A stretch of DNA of 64,000 bases from Bacillota bacterium (GTDB taxonomy: Bacteria > Bacillota > Sulfobacillia > JACIYH01): assembly GCA_040757085.1 (NCBI GenBank), contig JBFLXJ010000009.1, positions 7,466 to 71,465 on the forward strand. Direction: 5' to 3'. A program made the translations under genes and the position numbers. Positions 21,095 through 29,579 of this stretch are shown one piece after another (the first letter of the stretch is position 1; every line of letters starts with the position of its first letter). The notes under the pieces were generated by a model that saw only the letters and a program-made list of their open reading frames with translations, searched no databases and was not told the origin of the DNA.

Positions 21095-22246
21095 TTGCTG
21101 AGCCGCCGGCAGGTAGAGGCGCTGCGTCGGTTTGAACCGGGCCAGGACGTAGTGGTGAGTTTTTATCTGGACGTTTCCGCAGAGAAATACCCCCGTCGCG
21201 AGTATCAGGTTACGGCTCGCAACCTGATCCGGGAGGCGCGCGAGTCCCTAGACCCTGCTCTCTCCCGCGAAGTCAGGCGGGCTGCCGAAGCGGATCTGGA
21301 CCGGGTGGAGCAGTTCGTTAGCCTGGGGTTCCAGCGCGAGGGGGGAGCGCGGGCGCTGTCGGTATTTGCCTGCCTGCCCCGGGGACTGTGGGAGGCGTAC
21401 GTACTGCCCGGACCTGTTCCCGACCTGGCGGTATCCGCAGCCGCACCATACGTGCGACCGCTGTGGCTGCAGCTTCACGATTACCCGCGCCTCGGGGTAA
21501 CCCTGCTGGAACGGGCGGGATCCCGCTTCCTGGTGGTAGGAGGCGGCCAGGTCCGGGAGCTGGAGAGCGTGACCTCCGGTGTCCCGTCCCGGGTACGCAT
21601 GTCGGGGTGGGCCGGCCTCAAGGGGCGCCGAATCGAGCGGCACATAGACGATCACGTGCAGCGGCACGTTAAGGAGGCGGCCGGTCGGGCCGTGGAGCTG
21701 GCCCAGGAGCATGATTGCGATTACCTGGTGGTGGGGGGCAACCAGGAACTGTCCCAGCAGTTTCTCGACTCTCTGGGTTCCCCGTGGCGGGAGAAGGTGC
21801 TGGGGATCCTGGCCGTGACCGCCACCGCCCGGCCTGCCCAGGTGCTGGCTGCGGTGACGAAGCTGCACGAGGAGGCGTCCCGGGCCCGGGGCCGGATGGC
21901 CCTGGAGGACCTCCTGGCCGAGGTGAGGGCGGGAGGCCAGGTGGTGACGGGTCTGCCGGGCACCCTGCGGGCCTTGCAGGAAAGTGCGGTCACCACGGTG
22001 GTGGTGGACAGTAACTTCAGCGCGTCGGGCTTTCGCTGTGCTTCGTGCGGGTACCTGGACTTAGGGCCGGGGTCATGCCCTCGCTGCGCGCGTCCCCTGG
22101 TGGAGGCACCTGACTTGGTCACCGAACTCATCGAGATGGCCCTCGAGCGCGGTTGTCAAGTGGAAAGGGTGCAGGATGCACCCAGGCGCGATCAGTTGCG
22201 GGGTGTGGGTGCCCTGCTCCGCTACTTACCGGCTTCTGCCTCCTGA
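21095..22246 (+). CDS. eRF1/Pelota-fold protein (bacterial archaeo-eukaryotic release-factor-like, baeRF family)
   Basis: TTG start after GGGGAGGAG. The central region aligns by eye with the eRF1 M domain (..VPSRVRMSGWAGLKGRRIERHIDDHVQRHVKEAA) and the C-terminal region with eRF1/Pelota domain 3 (GLPGTLRALQESAVTTVVVD), with an inserted CxxC..CxxC zinc ribbon. Confidence 0.6.
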   Translation: MLSRRQVEALRRFEPGQDVVVSFYLDVSAEKYPRREYQVTARNLIREARESLDPALSREVRRAAEADLDRVEQFVSLGFQREGGARALSVFACLPRGLWEAYVLPGPVPDLAVSAAAPYVRPLWLQLHDYPRLGVTLLERAGSRFLVVGGGQVRELESVTSGVPSRVRMSGWAGLKGRRIERHIDDHVQRHVKEAAGRAVELAQEHDCDYLVVGGNQELSQQFLDSLGSPWREKVLGILAVTATARPAQVLAAVTKLHEEASRARGRMALEDLLAEVRAGGQVVTGLPGTLRALQESAVTTVVVDSNFSASGFRCASCGYLDLGPGSCPRCARPLVEAPDLVTELIEMALERGCQVERVQDAPRRDQLRGVGALLRYLPASAS

Positions 22247-22307
22247 ACCGATGAGGGTTTGGTCTGCGCATCCGGCCGCAGGCCTGATATCTGCGAACTG
22301 ATGCCGT

Positions 22308-23957
22308 TCACGGCGTGATCCAGAGGAGCCGCTCTCCGACCCAGCCCAGGGGAATCCCCTGGCCAGTGGCGGCCAGGTTTCCCCCCTTCCGGTCCCAGAG
22401 CAGAAAGCCGCCTCCGGCGCGGGCAAAGCAGGCCCGCTCGCCCGCCCTGGACCAGAAGGCCAGCTCGTATCCGTCTTTCGCCGGGAGGAGGGGAGTGCGG
22501 GAACCGTCGTCCTGGCTGACCAGATCCCAGCTGCCGTCCGGGTTGCGGACGGCCAGGTCGTGGCCGGAAGGTGAGAAAGCGAGGAACTCGGCCTGGCCCC
22601 CCAGGAGGCGGGTTCCGCCCCTGTCTGGATCGATGAGGGTGAGTAACCCTTCGGACCGGGAACGAAGGTCCGAGAACGCAATCCGGGTTTCGTCCGGGGA
22701 CCAGGCACACGGGACGGGGACCCAGAACCCTTCCCGCGCGAACAGGCGAGTCACAGCCGGGAAGATGGTGGTTGACCCATTTCCCGCGATCACCAGGTCC
22801 ACGCCGGCCCCTTCCTTGCTTGCAGCACCCAGGAAACACGCTATCCGCCCCGACCGCGGGGCTACCGCCATGCCCAGGATCGTGCCTTCTGCCGGCTCGA
22901 GGATGTCGCGAGGCTCGCCCCCGCCAGTGTCCAATGCCACCAGCTTATGCCCGGCGTTGACCACCAGGTGGCGTGAATCTGGCATCCAGGCTACCGCGAA
23001 CTGGCCCCTATCGGTGAAGGAACCCAGCCGCTGGAGGGCTCGGTTGCCGAGGTCCAGGACCCATACCGCCACCTCCTCGGCTTCCTCCGCGGGGAAGCGT
23101 TCCAGGAGGGCTACCCGGCGTCCGTCAGGAGAGACTGCACCTTCGGAAAACTGGTCAAGGAGAGTGGTGACCGGGGAGGGTTGTTGCGGATCCGCCCCCG
23201 TGACCAGGCGTACGGTGCCCACCCCTTCCAGTACCAGCGGCCTGGCATCGAGGGCCGGCACCCCCCTGTTGTCCGGCCATCCCAGAAAGGATATCTCCAC
23301 CCGTACACCCTCCAGGAGATCGAGGTCCAGGTAGGCCAGTTGATCGTTTTCCCAGCGCAGGGTGGGCTGGCAGCGGGGGTCAATCTGGGGAAGCAACATC
23401 TGTTCCACGGCGCCCCGGTCCATGGGTCGCGTGAAGTCCAGGCGGACGATCTTCTTGCCGGAAAGCAGCCGGTACATGCCCGGCCCGGCGACCCCGGGTT
23501 GTCCTTCCACGCCTGCTGCCACCCCGGGAGGCTCTACCCGGACCACGGTAAACTCCAGGGGCAGGGCGGTGCCGCCCGAAGAAGCGCGGGCCTGGCCCAG
23601 ACTGATCTGGACCGGTTGCTCCAGGGGAAGGTCGGCTACCCGCAACTGCAGGACGTCGCCGGTTGCCCACTGGATCTCCCGGGCCAGCGCGGGGGCAACC
23701 GCCAGCGCCCGAGCGGTGGCGTCCCTATCCATGGCTTCCGGGAAATGGAAGGTGATCACCACCCCGGGGGCGCCCACCAGGTACCGCTTGCCGGGAGTGA
23801 CAGCGGTTTCTCCCGGTATCAGGTAGGAATCCGTGACCTGCGCCAGGCTCGCCTGCACGGAGAAGGACGGTCGCGGAGGCTGCGTCCGGCGGCAGGCGGG
23901 CAGGGTCACAAGAAGAAGTATGAACACCAGGGTTCCCAACCGGTTTCTCATTCTCAT
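22308..23957 (-). CDS. lipoprotein with C-terminal TolB-like beta-propeller repeats
   Basis: Start MRMRNRLGTLVFILLLVTLPAC (signal peptide plus lipobox L-P-A-C) preceded by GGGGAG. Repeated SPDG/PDG..R.A-type propeller blades (SPDGRRVALLE, WSPDETRIAFSD, FSPSGHDLAV). The upstream 97 codons of the track ORF are discarded. Confidence 0.7.
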   Translation of the reverse strand: MRMRNRLGTLVFILLLVTLPACRRTQPPRPSFSVQASLAQVTDSYLIPGETAVTPGKRYLVGAPGVVITFHFPEAMDRDATARALAVAPALAREIQWATGDVLQLRVADLPLEQPVQISLGQARASSGGTALPLEFTVVRVEPPGVAAGVEGQPGVAGPGMYRLLSGKKIVRLDFTRPMDRGAVEQMLLPQIDPRCQPTLRWENDQLAYLDLDLLEGVRVEISFLGWPDNRGVPALDARPLVLEGVGTVRLVTGADPQQPSPVTTLLDQFSEGAVSPDGRRVALLERFPAEEAEEVAVWVLDLGNRALQRLGSFTDRGQFAVAWMPDSRHLVVNAGHKLVALDTGGGEPRDILEPAEGTILGMAVAPRSGRIACFLGAASKEGAGVDLVIAGNGSTTIFPAVTRLFAREGFWVPVPCAWSPDETRIAFSDLRSRSEGLLTLIDPDRGGTRLLGGQAEFLAFSPSGHDLAVRNPDGSWDLVSQDDGSRTPLLPAKDGYELAFWSRAGERACFARAGGGFLLWDRKGGNLAATGQGIPLGWVGERLLWITP

Positions 23958-24032
23958 CTCTCCCCGCCCTACAGACGTACCAGGGGCGCTTATGGTTTCC
24001 ACATCCAGGGTGGTACAGAGCGGACGGGATCT

Positions 24033-24062
24033 TTGACCACCCGGCACAAGCTCCAGTATAAT
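24033..24062 (+). promoter_or_regulatory. sigma-A-like promoter upstream of the EF-G paralogue
   Basis: TTGACC, 18-nt spacer, TATAAT. Confidence 0.55.
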
Positions 24063-24111
24063 ACCTGATGGACTTTTTGGCCCGCGAGCAGAGAAAGTAG
24101 GTGGGGAGCAG

Positions 24112-26187
24112 GTGACGAAGCCGGAACAAATACGAAATCTGGCCCTGGTTTCGCATGGCGGGGCTGGGAAGACCACGCTGGCGGAGGCCATGCTGTACCT
24201 GGCGGGGGCCATAGACCGCCTGGGCCGGGTGGATGAAGGCTCCGCCACTATGGACTACGATCCTGAGGAAGTGCGCCGGAAGGTTTCCATCAGCACCTCC
24301 CTGGCTCCCATCCCGTGGGATGGCTGCAAAGTTAACCTGATTGACACTCCGGGTTACTTCGATTTCGTGGGAGAAGTGAAGGCGGGCATGCGGGTGGCGG
24401 AAGCGGCCTGCGTGGTGTGTGACGCCGTGGCCGGGGTGGAGGTGGGCACGGAATTGGTGTGGGGCTACGCCGAGGAGCGGGGCCTGCCGTGTCTCATCTT
24501 CGTCAACAAGATGGACCGGGAAAACGCCAGTTTCCGCCGTACCCTGGAGAGCCTGCAGCAGAACATGGGCCGCGGCATAGTACCCCTGGCGGTACCCATC
24601 GGGGCCGAGGCCGGGCTGCGAGGCGTGGTGGACCTGGTGGCCAGGCGAGCCCTGGTATGGGACGGCGGTAACCGGCCCCAGGAAACGGACGTCCCTGCGG
24701 AGATGGCGGATGAAGTGGCCGCCTACCGCTCCCAGTTGGTGGAGGCTGCCGCAGAAGGTTCGGACGAACTGCTCATGAAATACCTGGAGGGGGAAGAGTT
24801 GACCCCAGCCGAGATCTGGGAGGGCCTGGCAGCAGGAGTCCGGGAGCGCAAGGTGTTCCCGGTTCTAGCGGGGTCGGCCCTGCGCACCCTGGGCGTGGGG
24901 ATGCTCCTGGACGCGGTGGTGAAGCTGGTCCCCTCTCCTGCTGCGTTCCCGGCCCGGGCGGAAACCCCGGCAGGTGAGCCGGTGGAGTGCCGGCCGGACC
25001 CCAACGCTCCTTTGGCGGCCCTGGTGTTCAAAACCACTGCCGACCCGTACGTGGGCAGGATGACCCTCTTCCGGGTATACGCGGGGAAGGTGCTTTCGGA
25101 TTCCCAGGTGTACAACTCTACCCGCGGCAGGACGGAGCGGGTGGGCCAGTTGTTTTTCCTGAAGGGCAAGCATCAGGAACCCACCGATGTGGTTGGACCG
25201 GGGGATATCGGGACAGTGGCCAAGTTGCAGGAGACCGGTACCGGGGATACGCTCTGCGACCAGGCCAATCCGGTACGCCTTTCTGCCATAGCCTTTCCCT
25301 CCCCGGTGTATGCAGTGGCGGTTTCCCCCAAGGCCCGTGGCGATGAGGAAAAGATCTCGGCCAGCCTGGCCCGTCTGGCGGAGGAAGACCCCACCTTCCG
25401 CGTGGAGAAGAACGCGGCCACCGGACAGATGCTCATATACGGCATGGGGGAGCTGCACCTGGATGTGATCGTGGAGCGGCTTCGCCGTAAGTTCGGGGTA
25501 GAGGTGAATCTGGAGGCGCCGCGAGTGCCGTACCGGGAGACCATCCGCCAGCCGGTGAAGGCCGAGTACAAGCACAAGAAGCAGACGGGTGGGCGCGGCC
25601 AGTACGGCCACGTGTTCCTGGAGATCGAGCCCGCCGAGCCGGGCAAAGAATTTGAGTTCGGTGAGCGCATCTTCGGCGGGGCTGTACCCAAGCAGTACAT
25701 CCCGGCGGTGGAGAAAGGCGTGCGCGAGGCCATGCAGGAAGGGGTGCTGGCCGGCTACCCGGTCACCGGGGTCAAGGTCACTCTCTACGATGGCTCCTAC
25801 CACACCGTGGACTCCTCGGAACTCGCCTTCAAGATAGCTGGCTCAATGGCATTTAAGAAGGGCATGGCCGAGGCCAAGCCCGTGTTGCTGGAACCCATTT
25901 ACCGGGTGGAGGTCATGGTGCCCGAGGCCTTCATGGGTGACGTCATGGGTGACCTCAACAAGAAGCGGGGGCGCATCCTGGGTATGGAGCCCCACGGTTC
26001 CTTCCAGGTGATCAGGGCCATGGTGCCCCTGGCCGAGATGTTCCGGTATGCCATCGACTTGCGCTCCATCACCCAGGGGCGGGGTACCTTCACTATGGAG
26101 TTCGACCATTACGAAGAGGTACCGGCTCACCTGGCCCAGGAGATTATCTCCCAGGCCCGGGCGGCAAAGGAAGCTGCGGAGAAGTAG
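24112..26187 (+). CDS. elongation factor G paralogue (EF-G-like translational GTPase)
   Basis: G1 SHGGAGKTT, DTPG, NKMD, then EF-G domains II-V. It is not in the rpsL-rpsG-fusA context, so it is judged a second-copy type. GTG start after GGTGGGGAG. Confidence 0.85.
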   Translation: MTKPEQIRNLALVSHGGAGKTTLAEAMLYLAGAIDRLGRVDEGSATMDYDPEEVRRKVSISTSLAPIPWDGCKVNLIDTPGYFDFVGEVKAGMRVAEAACVVCDAVAGVEVGTELVWGYAEERGLPCLIFVNKMDRENASFRRTLESLQQNMGRGIVPLAVPIGAEAGLRGVVDLVARRALVWDGGNRPQETDVPAEMADEVAAYRSQLVEAAAEGSDELLMKYLEGEELTPAEIWEGLAAGVRERKVFPVLAGSALRTLGVGMLLDAVVKLVPSPAAFPARAETPAGEPVECRPDPNAPLAALVFKTTADPYVGRMTLFRVYAGKVLSDSQVYNSTRGRTERVGQLFFLKGKHQEPTDVVGPGDIGTVAKLQETGTGDTLCDQANPVRLSAIAFPSPVYAVAVSPKARGDEEKISASLARLAEEDPTFRVEKNAATGQMLIYGMGELHLDVIVERLRRKFGVEVNLEAPRVPYRETIRQPVKAEYKHKKQTGGRGQYGHVFLEIEPAEPGKEFEFGERIFGGAVPKQYIPAVEKGVREAMQEGVLAGYPVTGVKVTLYDGSYHTVDSSELAFKIAGSMAFKKGMAEAKPVLLEPIYRVEVMVPEAFMGDVMGDLNKKRGRILGMEPHGSFQVIRAMVPLAEMFRYAIDLRSITQGRGTFTMEFDHYEEVPAHLAQEIISQARAAKEAAEK

Positions 26188-26189
26188 GT

Positions 26190-27371
26190 ATGGCCATCGT
26201 CCACCTTACCCGGGGCCCTCACCGGGCCCGGGAGGGGCACCCCTGGATATTTGCGAGCGAGATAGAGAAGATCGGGGGGAGTTTTTCCCCCGGCGACGTG
26301 GTGACCGTGGTGGACCACCGCGGGCGATTCGTGGGGCGGGGCTTCATCAACCCCGCTTCTTTCATCAGGGTGAGGATCCTGACCCACCGCGACGAGCAGG
26401 TCGGGGAGGATTTCTGGCTGGCCCGCCTGCAGGCAGCCTGGGAGCTGCGCCGTCCGTTCTGGCATGAGACGGCATTCCGGGTGGTGTTTGCCGAGTCCGA
26501 CGGCCTGCCCGGTCTGGTGGTGGACAGGTTCGGGCCCTGGCTGGTGGTTCAGACCCTGGCCCTGGGGGTAGACACGCGGCGGGACTTCCTCGTCGACGCC
26601 CTCCGCTCCCTCACCGGGTGTCCGGGCGTATTCCTGCGTAATGATGCCCCCGTGCGGGAACTGGAAGGGTTACCCCTCGAAGGCGGTCCGGCTCCCGGCA
26701 CCCCGGAGGATCTGCCCGCGCGGGTGCAGATAGAGGAGGGCGGTGTAACTTTCTGGGTGGACGTGGCCAGGGGTCAGAAGACCGGTCATTTCCTGGATCA
26801 GCGGTTCAACCGGGCAGTTGCCGCCCGCCTAGCCCCTGATGCCCGCGTGCTGGACGCGTTTTCCTATACGGGGGGCTTTGCCATCCATGCCGCCCGCGCC
26901 GGGGCCCGGGAAGTGCTGGGGGTGGAAGCGTCGGCCTGGGCGGCGGAAATGGCGCGGGAGAACGCGGATCTCAATGGGGTGGCCGACCGCTGTCGGTTCG
27001 AGGAGGCGAATGCCTTCGACTTCCTGAGGGCTCTCGATCAGGCCCGGGAGAAGTTCGACCTGGTGATCCTGGACCCGCCCGCCTTCGCCCGTTCCCTGCA
27101 GGCAGTGGAGGGGGCGGTGCGGGGTTACAAGGAGATTAACCTGCGGGCCCTGCGCCTGCTAAATCCCGGGGGGTACCTGGTCACCAGTTCCTGCTCCTCT
27201 CACCTGGACCCGGAGATGTTCCTCGCGGTCGTCGGGGACGCGGCGCGCGACGCCGGCCGGCGGGTGCTCGTTCTGGAGGCGCGCGGCCAGCCCCCCGACC
27301 ACCCCGTTCTGCTGGGGTATCCGGAGAGCCGCTACCTCAAGTGCCTGATCTGCCGCTGTTACCCGGCCTGA
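26190..27371 (+). CDS. class I SAM-dependent rRNA methyltransferase (RlmI/PUA-domain type)
   Basis: N-terminal PUA-like region (GHPWIFASEI), and a methyltransferase core (VLDAFSYTGGFAIHAA, LDPPAF) as in RlmI-like 23S rRNA m5C methyltransferases. Confidence 0.75.
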   Translation: MAIVHLTRGPHRAREGHPWIFASEIEKIGGSFSPGDVVTVVDHRGRFVGRGFINPASFIRVRILTHRDEQVGEDFWLARLQAAWELRRPFWHETAFRVVFAESDGLPGLVVDRFGPWLVVQTLALGVDTRRDFLVDALRSLTGCPGVFLRNDAPVRELEGLPLEGGPAPGTPEDLPARVQIEEGGVTFWVDVARGQKTGHFLDQRFNRAVAARLAPDARVLDAFSYTGGFAIHAARAGAREVLGVEASAWAAEMARENADLNGVADRCRFEEANAFDFLRALDQAREKFDLVILDPPAFARSLQAVEGAVRGYKEINLRALRLLNPGGYLVTSSCSSHLDPEMFLAVVGDAARDAGRRVLVLEARGQPPDHPVLLGYPESRYLKCLICRCYPA

Positions 27372-27393
27372 TGCGGGTTGCCCGGTCGGGACC

Positions 27394-27422
27394 TGGATTT
27401 TTGGGGACGGTTCTCGTATAAT
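27394..27422 (+). promoter_or_regulatory. sigma-A-like promoter of the ctsR operon
   Basis: TGGATT, 17-nt spacer, TATAAT, immediately upstream of the CtsR box. Confidence 0.5.
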
Positions 27423-27430
27423 GGGATCGA

Positions 27431-27448
27431 AGGTCAAATTAAGTCAGA
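27431..27448 (+). promoter_or_regulatory. CtsR operator (direct heptad repeat)
   Basis: AGGTCAAATTAAGTCAGA matches the published CtsR box (A/G)GTCAAA-NAN-(A/G)GTCAAA with two mismatches in the second repeat. It lies between the -10 element and ctsR. Confidence 0.75.
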
Positions 27449-27480
27449 CCGGACTGCAGCCCATCTGGGGGAGATAGGGT

Positions 27481-27960
27481 ATGGCCCGGAACCTGGCCGA
27501 CCTCATCGAGGAATACCTGGAATCTCTGCTGGGCGGCGCCCCGGACGGATCGGTGGAAGTGCAGAGGGGCGAACTGGCGGAGAAGTTCGGGTGTGCGCCT
27601 TCCCAGATCAACTACGTGCTGGATACGCGCTTCACCTACGCCCAGGGCTACTTGGTGGAGAGCCGGCGGGGGAGCGGGGGATACGTGCGCATCGTGAAGC
27701 TGCCTGCCCAGGCCCGGGAACTCATCCGGCGGGCTTTGGAGCACGCCGGAGAAGCCATGAGCCAGATTCAGGCAGAAAGATGCATCCTGCGGTTGCACCA
27801 GGAGGGGATAATAAGCCCGCGGGAAGCCCGCCTGATGGCGGCTGCCCTGAAGCGGGAAACCCTGGCCCTGGATCTCCCCTGGCGGGATACGATGCGCGCC
27901 CGGCTGTTTCGGGCCATGTTGCTTGCTCTGGCGATGGACATGGCGGAGAGGAAGGAGTGA
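27481..27960 (+). CDS. ctsR: class III stress-gene repressor CtsR
   Basis: MARNLADLIEEYL...PSQINYVLDTRFT..GY.VESRRGSGGY.RI is the conserved CtsR N-terminal domain. Confidence 0.93.
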   Translation: MARNLADLIEEYLESLLGGAPDGSVEVQRGELAEKFGCAPSQINYVLDTRFTYAQGYLVESRRGSGGYVRIVKLPAQARELIRRALEHAGEAMSQIQAERCILRLHQEGIISPREARLMAAALKRETLALDLPWRDTMRARLFRAMLLALAMDMAERKE

Positions 27961-27965
27961 GGCCG

Positions 27966-28472
27966 GTGCTGTGCCAGGAATGCGGGAAGCGGCCAGCCAC
28001 CGTTCACCTTACCCAGATCATCAACGGGCAAAAGAGGGAACTGCACCTGTGCGAGCAGTGCGCCCGCGCCCGCGGGGAACTGGGGATCATGGGGGAGCCC
28101 TTCACCATTCCTACCCTTCTTTCCAGTATCATCACCGATGGTGGCCACACCTTCCCGGGAGCTGGTCAGGCGGCCGGGTTGCGGTGCGACAGATGCGGCC
28201 TCACGTACGCCGAGTTCGCCCGCACGGGAATGCTGGGTTGCCGGCATTGCTACCAGGCCTTTGAGAATCAGCTCGAATCGGTGCTGAGGCGCTTGCACGG
28301 CACCACCGTGCACGGGGGCAAGGTACCCAGCCGGACGGGTGAAGAGGCCCGCCTCAAGCGGGAGATCAGCCGTTTGCAGGAGGAACTGGCCCAGGTGGTG
28401 ATCCGGGAAGAGTACGAGAAGGCGGCCCAGATAAGGGATCGCATCCGGGAACTGGAGAAGAAGCTTCGCTGA
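27966..28472 (+). CDS. mcsA: protein arginine kinase activator McsA
   Basis: GTG 27966 is 9 nt after AAGGAG. Two CxxC pairs (CQECG..CEQC; CDRCG..CRHC) and a C-terminal UVR motif (EEYEKAAQIRDRIRELE). The long track ORF from 27378 overlaps ctsR out of frame. Confidence 0.88.
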   Translation: MLCQECGKRPATVHLTQIINGQKRELHLCEQCARARGELGIMGEPFTIPTLLSSIITDGGHTFPGAGQAAGLRCDRCGLTYAEFARTGMLGCRHCYQAFENQLESVLRRLHGTTVHGGKVPSRTGEEARLKREISRLQEELAQVVIREEYEKAAQIRDRIRELEKKLR

Positions 28473-28497
28473 GTGTAAGACCAAGGGGTGGCAGGCG

Positions 28498-29562
28498 TTG
28501 AACCTGGACGATGTCCTCTACAATTCCCACTCCTGCTGGATGGACCCTTCAGGGCCGGACAGCGATGTGGTGCTTTCCGCGCGCGTCCGCCTGGCCCGCA
28601 ACCTGGAAGACGTGCCCTTTCCTTCCCGGATGGGGGAAGAGGGAGCCCAGCGGGTCCTGCGCATGGTGGAACGGGCAGTGGAAGACCTGGACCGTGACCC
28701 CCAGTTGGGTCCGGTGGGTATGTTCAGGCTGGATGATTTGGGAGCCCTGGACAGGCAGGTGCTGGTGGAAAAACACCTCATCTCACCCAACCACGCCCAG
28801 CAACCCCGGGGACGTGCCATCATCCTGCGCCAGGATGAGAGCCTGTGCATCATGGTCAACGAGGAAGATCACCTGCGTATCCAGAGTCTGGCCCCGGGGA
28901 TGCAGCTGGACGAGGCTTGGCGCATGGCCCAGGCGGCGGATGATGTGCTGGAGGGCAGGCTGAACTACGCCTTCTGTCAGAGGCGGGGCTACCTGACCAC
29001 GTGTCCCACCAACGTGGGGACGGGGATGCGCGGCTCGGTCATGATGCACCTGCCCGGGCTGGCCATGGTGGGGCAGGCCCGGCAGGTATTCTCCGCTTTG
29101 GGCAAACTGGGGCTGGCCGTGCGGGGCCTGTACGGCGAGGGCAGCGAGGCCCACGGCAACATATTCCAGATATCAAACCAGACCTCTCTGGGTCCATCCG
29201 AGGAGGAGATCCTGCGCAACCTGAAGGCGGTTTCTGCCCAGGTGATCGCCCACGAGCGCAACGCCCGCCGGGCCCTGCTTTCCCAGACCCGCATCCAGCT
29301 GGAAGACCGGGTGTGGCGCGCGTATGGGCTTCTCCTCCATGCCCGGGTGATCTCCTCGGAGGAAGCCATCAGGTTGTGGTCCGACGTGCGGCTGGGTGTG
29401 GATCTGGGGATCATATCCGAAGGGATCTCGACGGAGACCCTCAACGAATTGCTGGTTGCTACTCGGCCGGGCTTCATCCAGAAGGTGGTGGGTAGGGAAC
29501 TCGAGCCCTCCCAACGGGATGCGGAACGGGCTGCCCTGATCCGTCACCGTCTGCGCCGGTGA
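28498..29562 (+). CDS. mcsB: protein arginine kinase McsB
   Basis: ATP:guanido phosphotransferase pattern ([30 protein letters not shown]). Confidence 0.92.
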   Translation: MNLDDVLYNSHSCWMDPSGPDSDVVLSARVRLARNLEDVPFPSRMGEEGAQRVLRMVERAVEDLDRDPQLGPVGMFRLDDLGALDRQVLVEKHLISPNHAQQPRGRAIILRQDESLCIMVNEEDHLRIQSLAPGMQLDEAWRMAQAADDVLEGRLNYAFCQRRGYLTTCPTNVGTGMRGSVMMHLPGLAMVGQARQVFSALGKLGLAVRGLYGEGSEAHGNIFQISNQTSLGPSEEEILRNLKAVSAQVIAHERNARRALLSQTRIQLEDRVWRAYGLLLHARVISSEEAIRLWSDVRLGVDLGIISEGISTETLNELLVATRPGFIQKVVGRELEPSQRDAERAALIRHRLRR

Positions 29563-29579
29563 GGCAAGGGGGGAGAACT

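Noticed and set aside
19922-24111. Prophage or genomic island integrated at the tmRNA 3' end
   Set aside because: Only a single lysin-like amidase is present. I saw no integrase, no phage structural genes and no second copy of the ssrA 3' terminus within the window. It is kept only as a low-level note under findings.
27378-27965. 5' part of the 364-aa ORF that ends as mcsA
   Set aside because: It overlaps ctsR out of frame. The McsA zinc-finger region starts at GTG 27966 behind an AAGGAG RBS.
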